A DNA stretch of 40,000 nucleotides from Clostridia bacterium (lineage in GTDB: Bacteria > Bacillota > Clostridia > TANB77 > CAG-465). The position numbers and the translations under genes were made by a program. The notes under the pieces are model-generated. The model did not search any database. It was not told the DNA's origin and worked only from the letters and a program-made list of their open reading frames with translations. Where the stretch lies: NCBI GenBank assembly GCA_017534305.1, contig JAFWCU010000035.1, forward strand, positions 184,749 to 224,748. The letters are read 5' to 3'. Of the stretch, positions 24,914 to 33,183 are shown piece after piece; position 1 is the first letter of the stretch; the number at the start of each line of letters is the position of its first letter.

Positions 24914-26620
24914 ATGAGGGTACTTTTTGGAATTAGTAACGATGCCACAATAGCAGGTATCGCTAAATACTATGAAGAAAAATATAATGAAAAAATAGAA
25001 TATGATGTGGCTTTATATTTCAATGACTTTAGTAGCAAAATTGCATCTGGAGATTATGATAGAGCTCTACTTAGTGAAGAACTCGAAAAAATGCCAACTA
25101 AAAGTTATGCTGAAGCCGATAGATTAATATTTGAATATTTAGATAGAGTATTAAATAATTTTGACGCTAAAGATTTAGTTTTACTATGTTCTGAAAGAAG
25201 AAAATTAGGAGACGATTTCTTAGCTAGATTATTTGCTATTGGTGTATATACAACACTTACTGGAACAGATAGAACTAAAGGTAAAGTTTGTGAAGCATTA
25301 CATAGTCCATATACAAGAAGAGATATGAGAAAGTACTATGATAAATCACAAGCAGGTAATGTTTTTAATGCATCTGAAGTAAGTGAGCTTGAGCTAAGAA
25401 AAATACTAACATATTTCAAAAATTTAAATGGTGATTCTAGTAGATATGTTGAAATTTTTGATAGAATTAACCAACAATATAATAGCGAACAAATGGCTAT
25501 TATAATTAGAGTTTTACCTAAAGATGTTAAAGATTTCTTAGAAAAAAATAGTGAAACATACAAGAGTTTGGTTGCACAAAGTCAAATTCAACCTGCTCCA
25601 CAACCTCAAGTACAACAACCACAGCAACAACATATTCAAACAAACAATAATAACTATGAAATCAAAAAAGGCGATGACATAGCAAAACAAATAGTAATAA
25701 AAGAAGTACCAAAAGAAGTAGTAAAAGAAAAAATTGTTACACAAGTAGTTGAAAAGAAAGTTGTAGAGCAACTATATGATGTTCCAAAAGATTATAGAAA
25801 AACTGTAATTTTTGTTGGAGCACCAAAAGTTGGAACATCTTTCTGTATCAATGCAATAGGAACATATCTTGCAAAACAAAAAATAAAAACAGCTATTGTA
25901 GATATGACTAGAAAAAGAGATATGTACACTATATACACATATGATAACACTGGTAAAAGAAACATAGCTGGAGACAGTATGAAATATGCTTCAAATGGTA
26001 AAAATGAACCATTAATTTATGATAAACTAAGCATATACACTGCAGTTCCAGGTGAAGATAGAAAATCATACAATCCAAACTTACTTGTTGAAACAATTTC
26101 TAAAAATAATAATGTTGTATTAATAGACGCAGACTTTAGTACACCATTAGATTATTTTAGACTTGCAAACGACATTTATATTGTTCAAGATATGAATATA
26201 CTAAATGTTAACCAAATAACTATGTTTTTAAGAGAACTTAAACAACGTGGAATTGGTATGGAAAAGGTTAAAATAGTAATAAACAAGTATGTAGATTGTT
26301 CTTTATCTTCAAAAGATATAATTGATGGAATTGCTACATATACTAGTTATGACTTAAAGATGTTTGACGAACTATTTAATCCAAAAAGAATACAATACTT
26401 TGTACTACCATTTAATGTAGATAACTATAAAAAATATATAGATATGGTATACAAGTATTCAAATAAATTTGCAAGTTTTTCTAAGGATTTCCAAGAAAAC
26501 TTAAATGCAGTAATAAATAGTATTTATCCTACAAAAGGAGATGTTAGTGTACAAGAAGAACATTATACTGAAGAAACTAACAAAAAGAGCGGAGGATTTG
26601 GACTATTTAGAAGAAAATAG
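24914..26620 (+). CDS. receiver-like N-domain + Q/P-rich linker + degenerate MinD/ParA/CpaE-like P-loop domain with a C-terminal amphipathic tail
   Basis: Start set at ATG 24914. The P-loop region VIFVGAPKVGTSFCINAIGTYLAKQKIKTAIVDMTRKRD aligns with MinD IVVTSGKGGVGKTT...VIDFD, but both lysines are displaced. Walker B-like VVLIDADFS. C-terminal tail KKSGGFGLFRRK. Confidence 0.6.
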   Translation: MRVLFGISNDATIAGIAKYYEEKYNEKIEYDVALYFNDFSSKIASGDYDRALLSEELEKMPTKSYAEADRLIFEYLDRVLNNFDAKDLVLLCSERRKLGDDFLARLFAIGVYTTLTGTDRTKGKVCEALHSPYTRRDMRKYYDKSQAGNVFNASEVSELELRKILTYFKNLNGDSSRYVEIFDRINQQYNSEQMAIIIRVLPKDVKDFLEKNSETYKSLVAQSQIQPAPQPQVQQPQQQHIQTNNNNYEIKKGDDIAKQIVIKEVPKEVVKEKIVTQVVEKKVVEQLYDVPKDYRKTVIFVGAPKVGTSFCINAIGTYLAKQKIKTAIVDMTRKRDMYTIYTYDNTGKRNIAGDSMKYASNGKNEPLIYDKLSIYTAVPGEDRKSYNPNLLVETISKNNNVVLIDADFSTPLDYFRLANDIYIVQDMNILNVNQITMFLRELKQRGIGMEKVKIVINKYVDCSLSSKDIIDGIATYTSYDLKMFDELFNPKRIQYFVLPFNVDNYKKYIDMVYKYSNKFASFSKDFQENLNAVINSIYPTKGDVSVQEEHYTEETNKKSGGFGLFRRK

Positions 26621-26674
26621 TAAACTAAACAAAAAATTGTTTTGATTATATAAATTTAAGGGAGTGTGATAGAT

Positions 26675-26920
26675 ATGAATCAAGATACAACAGTTTTTAA
26701 ACCACAAAAAGATGAATCAAAAAGAGTAAAGGAAATTATGGAACAAGTAGTTGCTGCTCTAAAAGACAAAGGATATGAGCCAACTAGCCAAATTATAGGT
26801 TATATATTATCAGGAGATCCTACATATATAACATCTCACAATAATGCAAGAGCATTAATTTGCAAAATTGAAAGAGACGACCTATTACAAGAAATGATTA
26901 AAAAATATCTAGATCTATAA
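26675..26920 (+). CDS. ireB: IreB/YrzL family regulatory phosphoprotein (UPF0297)
   Basis: Start set at ATG 26675 after AAGGGAG. Contains LKDKGYEPTSQIIGYILSGDPTYITSHNNAR. Confidence 0.85.
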   Translation: MNQDTTVFKPQKDESKRVKEIMEQVVAALKDKGYEPTSQIIGYILSGDPTYITSHNNARALICKIERDDLLQEMIKKYLDL

Positions 26921-26934
26921 TTTATAGGTGAAAA

Positions 26935-27351
26935 ATGAAAAGAATATTAGCAATAGATTATGGAGATGTAAGAGTAGGACTTGCAATTTCGGATGAACTT
27001 GGAATAACTGCTCAAGGATTAGATAATCTTGTAATCAATGGTAGTGATAAAAAATTCATATCAGGCATTAGAAAATTAATGCAAGAATATGGCTTTGAAG
27101 AGGTTGTTATTGGATATCCTAAAAATATGAATGGAACCAAATCTCAAAAAACAGAAAAGGTAGATTCACTAATTCCACAACTTGAAGCTTTAGGACTTAA
27201 AGTTCATACTTGGGATGAAAGATTAACTACTGTTTCTGCGTACCAAACAATGAGAGAGATGAATATATCTCAAAAGAAAAAGAATACTTATGCAGATAGA
27301 CTTGCAGCCACTTATATATTAGAAGGATATTTAAATTCAATATCTAAATAA
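26935..27351 (+). CDS. ruvX: Holliday junction resolvase-like nuclease RuvX/YqgF
   Basis: MKRILAIDYGDVRVGLAISD N-terminus. 138 aa. Canonical position between yrzL-like and DUF1292 genes. Confidence 0.9.
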   Translation: MKRILAIDYGDVRVGLAISDELGITAQGLDNLVINGSDKKFISGIRKLMQEYGFEEVVIGYPKNMNGTKSQKTEKVDSLIPQLEALGLKVHTWDERLTTVSAYQTMREMNISQKKKNTYADRLAATYILEGYLNSISK

Positions 27352-27366
27352 GCAGGAGGAATTAAA

Positions 27367-27702
27367 ATGGAAGAATTTGGAGGATGCTCAGGTTCATGTA
27401 GCTCATGTGCTGGATGTGGACCAATGGACATGGAATCATTACCAGTTTTAACTTTAACAGATGAAAATGGTAAAGAAACAACTTTTGAAAAATTAGACGT
27501 TGTTGTTTTAGAAGATGGAAGATCATTTTTAATAGTTTCAGAAATTACAGAAAATATCAGCGAAGAAGTTGAAATTGTAATTTTAGAAATAAAAACAGAA
27601 GATGGTGAAAATGTATATGATACATTAACAGATAAAGAACTTCAAAAAGAAGTATATAAAAGATTCTTAAAACAACAAGGAATAGAAGAAGTTCAAGAAT
27701 AA
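27367..27702 (+). CDS. DUF1292 (YrzB-like) protein with a Cys-rich N-terminal extension
   Basis: LTLTDENGKETTFEKLDVVVLEDGRSFLIV core. N-terminal GGCSGSCSSCAGCG. RBS AGGAGG. Confidence 0.75.
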   Translation: MEEFGGCSGSCSSCAGCGPMDMESLPVLTLTDENGKETTFEKLDVVVLEDGRSFLIVSEITENISEEVEIVILEIKTEDGENVYDTLTDKELQKEVYKRFLKQQGIEEVQE

Positions 27703-27713
27703 AAAGTACAAAT

Positions 27714-27740
27714 AGATACCAAGAAATTGGTATCTTTTTT
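27714..27740 (+). terminator. rho-independent terminator
   Basis: AGATACCAA-gaaa-TTGGTATCT hairpin followed by TTTTT. Confidence 0.8.
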
Positions 27741-27856
27741 ATGCTTAAGTGAAAAATATTAAAACTTTGTGACACTAGTGAATTTTTGGTGAAATGCTAC
27801 ATAATATGTTTATTTTATGCCTCTCTTGTGATATAATTACAATCGGTGATAAAAAA

Positions 27857-29122
27857 ATGGAAAGCGCATACAAATTATTTAATATTAGTGAAGAATTAGA
27901 AAAATTAGCAAGACAATCTGAAGATGAATGTAAAGAAGTCTTCAAAAGAATAGAGGAGAATGCTTTATACAATCAAGCAAGAGTATTAAAAGCATTTCAA
28001 TCTGTACCAATTACTACTACACATTTTGGTAAAAGTACAGGTTATGGACATGGAGATCCAGGAAGAGAAGCAATAGAAACTGTATATGCAAATCTTTTTG
28101 AAGCAGAAGCAGCTTTAGTTAGAGTTCAATTTGTAAGTGGAACTCATACACTAGCTACTGCACTTAAAGGATTACTAGAATATGGAGATGAGATGCTTGC
28201 TGTATCTGGAAGACCATATGATACTCTAGCTACTGTAATAGGACTTGAGGGAGACAATGAAATGTCTCTATTAAAAAGAGGAATAAAATATGCTCAAGTA
28301 GACCTAGATGAACAAGATAATTTTAAATGTGAAGAAATAAAAGAATACCTAAGAAACCACAAGGTAAAATTAATACATATTCAAAGATCTAGAGGATATG
28401 CAGTAAGAAAAGCATTACTAATTGCAGACATAGAAAATGTTATAAAAGAAATTAGAAGTGTAGATAAAGATGTAATTATATTTGTAGATAACTGCTATGG
28501 TGAATTTACTGAAACTAAAGAACCAACTGCAGTAGGTGCAGATATTTGTTGCGGATCATTAATTAAAAACGCAGGTGGCGGACTATGTGAAATGGGTGGA
28601 TACGTTGTAGGAAAAGAAGCTCTAATTGAAAGAGTAGTTCAAGAGTTATATTGCCCAGGACTTGAAAGAGATAATGGTGCTACACTAGGACAAAACCAAA
28701 ATATAATTCAAGGATTATTTATGGCACCAACTGTTGTAGAAGCAGCCCTAAAAGCAATGACTTTTGCTTCTAAATTATTAGAAAATCTAGGAATGGATGT
28801 ATTCCCTAAATATACAGATATTCGTAGCGATATCGTTCAAATTATTAACTTTGGAGATAGAGATAAACTAATTAAATTCATCCAAGGAATTCAATATGCT
28901 TCTCCAATAGATAGCAATGTTGTACCTATGCCATGGGAAATGCCTGGATATACAGATGAAGTAATAATGGCAGCAGGAACATTTATGGAGGGAGCTTCTA
29001 TAGAACTTAGTGCAGATGCACCTATGAGAGAACCATATGCTTGCTATATGCAAGGCGGTTTATCTTACGAGAGTGCAAAACTTGCAGTATTAATTGCTGC
29101 TCAAAAAATGTTAGGAGAATAA
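27857..29122 (+). CDS. ynbB: YnbB-like PLP-dependent enzyme (methionine gamma-lyase / aluminium-resistance family)
   Basis: Start set at the internal ATG 27857 (MESAYKLFNISEEL). Contains HFGKSTGYGHGDPGRE and GSLIKNAGGG, typical of the family. Confidence 0.75.
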   Translation: MESAYKLFNISEELEKLARQSEDECKEVFKRIEENALYNQARVLKAFQSVPITTTHFGKSTGYGHGDPGREAIETVYANLFEAEAALVRVQFVSGTHTLATALKGLLEYGDEMLAVSGRPYDTLATVIGLEGDNEMSLLKRGIKYAQVDLDEQDNFKCEEIKEYLRNHKVKLIHIQRSRGYAVRKALLIADIENVIKEIRSVDKDVIIFVDNCYGEFTETKEPTAVGADICCGSLIKNAGGGLCEMGGYVVGKEALIERVVQELYCPGLERDNGATLGQNQNIIQGLFMAPTVVEAALKAMTFASKLLENLGMDVFPKYTDIRSDIVQIINFGDRDKLIKFIQGIQYASPIDSNVVPMPWEMPGYTDEVIMAAGTFMEGASIELSADAPMREPYACYMQGGLSYESAKLAVLIAAQKMLGE

Positions 29123-29123
29123 T

Positions 29124-30362
29124 ATGAAAGTAGTTGTAGTTGGTGGTGGAGCTAGTGGAATGATTGCAGCTATCACTTCAGCAAAGCAAGGAAACGAGAC
29201 AATACTTGTAGAAAAAACTAGTAGTCTTGGAAACAAAATAAAAATCACAGGAAAAGGTAGATGTAACGTTACTTTTGATGGAGATATAGAAGACTTTAAA
29301 GAGAATATTAAGCATAATAATAAGTTCATGTATAGTTCATATATGAACTTTTCAAACAAAGATGTTGTAGAGTATTTTAATTCTCAAGGAGTTGAAACAA
29401 AACTAGAACGTGGAGGAAGAATATTCCCTGTGTCAGACAAAGCACAAGACATTGTAGATGCTCTAGTAAATGACATGAAAGCAAATAATGTAAAAGTTAT
29501 GCTTAATACTGAACTTAAAGACTTAATAATAAAAGATGAAACTTGTGTAGGTATAAAGACTCAAAAAGAAGAAATATATGCAGATAAAGTAATTATAGCT
29601 ACAGGTGGTAAATCTTATCCATCAACTGGAAGCGATGGCAAAGCTTTAGATATACTAGAAAAAAATGGTATAACTATAACTAAGCTATTACCAGGACTTG
29701 TACCACTAAGAAGTGAAGATAAAATATGCAAAGAGCTTCAAGGATTAACTCTAAAAAATGTATCATTAAAAATAATAGATAGTGGTAAGACTATATACGA
29801 TAGCTTTGGCGAAATGCTTTTTGCACATTTTGGACTAACTGGACCAATAGTTTTAAGCTCTAGTAGTATTTTAAATAGAGTAGAAGATATAGATAATAAG
29901 CTAAAAGAACATAAAATAACAGCATCAATAGATTTAAAACCGGCATTAGATATAGATACTCTAGATAAAAGAATACAAAGAGATTTTCAAAAATATACAA
30001 ACAAAGAATTTAAGAATGCTTTAGATGATTTACTACCTCAAAAACTAATTCCAGTTATAATTTCAAGAAGTGGTATAGATGAGAGTAAAAAAGTTCATCA
30101 AATAACAAAAGAAGAAAGAGAAAACTTAGTAAAATCAATAAAAAATTTAGAGATAAATATAACTGGATTTTTAGGATATGATGTAGCAATAATTACATGT
30201 GGCGGAGTAGATGTAAAACAAATAAATCCAAAAACAATGGAAACAAAATCAATTAAGAATTTATTCATTGTTGGTGAGGCATTAGATGTTGATGCACTTA
30301 CAGGCGGATTTAATTTACAAATTGCTTTTTCTACAGGTGTTGCTGCAGGAAATAATTATTAA
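29124..30362 (+). CDS. FAD-dependent oxidoreductase, HI0933/BaiN-like
   Basis: VVVGGGASGMIAA dinucleotide-binding motif, GKGRCNVT and a C-terminal GGVDVKQINPKTMETK...GEALDVDALTGGFNLQ. Confidence 0.8.
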   Translation: MKVVVVGGGASGMIAAITSAKQGNETILVEKTSSLGNKIKITGKGRCNVTFDGDIEDFKENIKHNNKFMYSSYMNFSNKDVVEYFNSQGVETKLERGGRIFPVSDKAQDIVDALVNDMKANNVKVMLNTELKDLIIKDETCVGIKTQKEEIYADKVIIATGGKSYPSTGSDGKALDILEKNGITITKLLPGLVPLRSEDKICKELQGLTLKNVSLKIIDSGKTIYDSFGEMLFAHFGLTGPIVLSSSSILNRVEDIDNKLKEHKITASIDLKPALDIDTLDKRIQRDFQKYTNKEFKNALDDLLPQKLIPVIISRSGIDESKKVHQITKEERENLVKSIKNLEINITGFLGYDVAIITCGGVDVKQINPKTMETKSIKNLFIVGEALDVDALTGGFNLQIAFSTGVAAGNNY

Positions 30363-30435
30363 TAAAAAGAATACAAGAATAGAGAATAGATTAGAATATA
30401 AATATAAATAGTTTTAGATTTAGGAGGAAGATAAA

Positions 30436-31581
30436 ATGGAAGATAGAAGTTATGACATATATAAAGAAAAGAAGAATTCTAATGTAGGACTAATTGTTGG
30501 AATTCTATGTGCTATGGTTGTTGTATCAATAATTAGTTCTGCAATAACATATAGCCTAATGAGTAAAGGACAAATGCAACTTATAGGAGCAAACAACACT
30601 ACATATACTGTTGAAAATGTGGAAAATCCAGTTGTTGCAGTTGCAGAAATTACTGGACCATCAGTAGTAGGAGTAAGTGTTACATTTTATGAGCAAAGCT
30701 TTTGGGGAGAACTTGCTGAAGGAGAAGCAGAAGGATCTGGAGTTATATACTCAGAAGATGGATATATAATAACAAACTATCATGTAATTCAAGAGGCGGT
30801 GAATTCTTCAAATTCAGCAGTTAAAGTTACACTTGCAAATAAAGAAGAATATGAAGCTACAATTGTAGGTGCAGACGAAACAACAGATTTAGCATTGTTA
30901 AAAATTGAAGCTACAGGACTAACACCTGCAAAATTTGCAGATTCAGATAAAATTAATGTAGGTGAATATGCTATTGCTATAGGAAATCCACTTGGAAAAG
31001 AATTTGCAGGAAGTGTAACAGTAGGATATATATCTGCAGTAAATAGAACAATAACAGCAGATGGAAGAACATATAATGTTATACAAACAGATGCTGCAAT
31101 TAACCCTGGTAACAGTGGTGGAGCATTAGTTAATTCTAAAGGTGAAGTTGTTGGAATAAACACTGTAAAAATAAGCGATGAATCAGTTGAAGGATTAGGA
31201 TTTGCTATTCCAAGTAATTATGCTTTAAAAATTATAGAAGAACTAAAAGAAAACGGAAAGATAGTTAGACCATATATTGGAATATATGGAATAGATTTAG
31301 ATAAAACATTAGCATCAAAAAATAATCTTGTAGAAGGTGTATACATATATAAAATTAGTGCTAATTCACCAGCTCAAGAGTTAGGATTACAAAGAGGAGA
31401 TGTAATTGTAGAATTTGATGGGCAAAAAGTTTTAACAATAAATGAAATAAATACAATAAAAAATGAAAAAAATATTGGAGATAAAGTAAAAATAAAAGTA
31501 TACAGAGATGGAGATTATAAAGAAGGAGTTTTAACACTTGGTAGTGATGAAAACGTATCTACATCAAATGTAACAAATTAG
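30436..31581 (+). CDS. htrA: HtrA/DegP-family serine protease with a PDZ domain, membrane-anchored
   Basis: Catalytic His (TNYHVI), Asp (TDLALLKI) and Ser (GNSGGAL). C-terminal PDZ domain (GLQRGDVIVEFDG). N-terminal TM helix. Confidence 0.9.
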   Translation: MEDRSYDIYKEKKNSNVGLIVGILCAMVVVSIISSAITYSLMSKGQMQLIGANNTTYTVENVENPVVAVAEITGPSVVGVSVTFYEQSFWGELAEGEAEGSGVIYSEDGYIITNYHVIQEAVNSSNSAVKVTLANKEEYEATIVGADETTDLALLKIEATGLTPAKFADSDKINVGEYAIAIGNPLGKEFAGSVTVGYISAVNRTITADGRTYNVIQTDAAINPGNSGGALVNSKGEVVGINTVKISDESVEGLGFAIPSNYALKIIEELKENGKIVRPYIGIYGIDLDKTLASKNNLVEGVYIYKISANSPAQELGLQRGDVIVEFDGQKVLTINEINTIKNEKNIGDKVKIKVYRDGDYKEGVLTLGSDENVSTSNVTN

Positions 31582-31595
31582 ATAAAAGATAGAAG

Positions 31596-31620
31596 GAGCC
31601 TAAGTTTAGGCTCTTTTTTT
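31596..31620 (+). terminator. rho-independent terminator
   Basis: GAGCCTA-agtt-TAGGCTC hairpin followed by TTTTTTT. Confidence 0.75.
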
Positions 31621-31658
31621 GCTTTTAAAAAATATGTCGTAAAATGTTATGTAAAGTA

Positions 31659-31687
31659 TTGAAAAATAGAAAAAATGGGTGTATAAT
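31659..31687 (+). promoter_or_regulatory. sigma-A promoter of the deacetylase gene
   Basis: TTGAAA (31659-31664), a 17-nt spacer, then TATAAT (31682-31687). Confidence 0.55.
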
Positions 31688-31777
31688 ATTTTGCATATAA
31701 ACAATATATTAATTGGCTTGATTAAAGTCAAAAAAACATGAGAAAAAATTATTTAAAAAAGGGAGGAGATATTTTTT

Positions 31778-33061
31778 ATGAAGAGAATACTCAAAGTATT
31801 TGTTTTGCTACTATTTTTAGGAGTAGCTTTTATTGTGGTGAATTTACTATTCACAAACAGTTTTAACAAATTAGAGCTTCCAATTTTATCATCTACTTCA
31901 AAGGAATTTGGAGAACTTGTAGATGTAGAACAAAAGGAAGACAACTTTGAAATTTACAAGGAAACTCTTAATTACTCAGAGTTTATAGACAACGATGTTA
32001 ATTCAAAAATCGAAAATGATGTAAATGCTTTAATAGCAACTACTACTGACAAAGAAGGTGTTAAAGAACACGAAAAAGCAGTATACAAAAATGTTATTGA
32101 TACATATGTTATTAACGATACTATTGTTAGCGTAAAAGTTACATCATCTGTCAAAAACTTATATGAAGACAACTATACAAAGACAGTAACTTTATATAAT
32201 TACGACACCAAAAACGAAAGAGCAATATCGCTAGATGATTTTTTCAAAGACGGATACAAAGACACTATTGCAAAGGACTACACAGATAAATATTTATTAA
32301 CTAAAACAGGTGCAGATTTTTATACAGATAATAAAAAATCTGGATCATGTAAATATTTAGATCTTAAAGATTTTGCAATCAGTAAAACTTTAACAAAAGA
32401 AAATTTCAATGTAAGTGAAGAAGAATACAAAGAGATTTTCAAAAACTACATAGACCCAAATAAAAAAATGATAGCTATTACTTTTGATGATGGACCATCA
32501 CCATACAACACATATGAAATTGTTAATATACTTGAAGAATATAACGTTCATGCTACTTTCTTTATGCTAGGACAAAATGTACAAGCATATCCTGAAGTAG
32601 TAAAAAGAGTATATGAAACTGGAAATGAAGTAGCTAATCATTCATGGAACCATCCACAACTAACAAAATTATCTGCAGAAAACATTGCTAAACAAATTAA
32701 TGATACATCAGATGCTATATACAATATTACTGGGGAGAGACCAAAACTTGTAAGACCACCATATGGTGCTATGAACGACACAGTAAAATCTACAATACAA
32801 GAGACATTAATTCTTTGGAACATTGACTCACTAGATTGGAAAACTAAAGATCAAAATCAAATAGTTCCACTAGTTATGAGTGATGTTGAAGATGGAGATA
32901 TCATCCTTCTACATGATATTCATCCAACAACTACACCTGCAGTAAGAAGAATTGTAGAACAGTTGTTAGCACAAGATTATCAAATAATTACAGTTTCTCA
33001 AATGTTAGAAGCAAAAGGAAAAGACACTGTAAACATTAAGTATTTTTATAGTGCACACTAA
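31778..33061 (+). CDS. polysaccharide (peptidoglycan) deacetylase, NodB domain, with an N-terminal ectodomain of unknown function
   Basis: NodB motifs ITFDDGP, HSWNHP, LVRPPYG and ILLHD. N-terminal signal or anchor sequence. Confidence 0.85.
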   Translation: MKRILKVFVLLLFLGVAFIVVNLLFTNSFNKLELPILSSTSKEFGELVDVEQKEDNFEIYKETLNYSEFIDNDVNSKIENDVNALIATTTDKEGVKEHEKAVYKNVIDTYVINDTIVSVKVTSSVKNLYEDNYTKTVTLYNYDTKNERAISLDDFFKDGYKDTIAKDYTDKYLLTKTGADFYTDNKKSGSCKYLDLKDFAISKTLTKENFNVSEEEYKEIFKNYIDPNKKMIAITFDDGPSPYNTYEIVNILEEYNVHATFFMLGQNVQAYPEVVKRVYETGNEVANHSWNHPQLTKLSAENIAKQINDTSDAIYNITGERPKLVRPPYGAMNDTVKSTIQETLILWNIDSLDWKTKDQNQIVPLVMSDVEDGDIILLHDIHPTTTPAVRRIVEQLLAQDYQIITVSQMLEAKGKDTVNIKYFYSAH

Positions 33062-33068
33062 ACATATA

Positions 33069-33106
33069 AACTACTAAGATTAATCTCTTAGTAGTTTTTC
33101 TTTTTT
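33069..33106 (+). terminator. rho-independent terminator
   Basis: AACTACTAAGA-ttaatc-TCTTAGTAGTT 11-bp hairpin followed by TTTTTCTTTTTT. Confidence 0.8.
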
Positions 33107-33183
33107 AGACAGGAAAAATGTGCTTTAAACTTTTGCACTATTTATTTTTTTATAGTATAATAATGATGTTTGAGGAGATAGAT

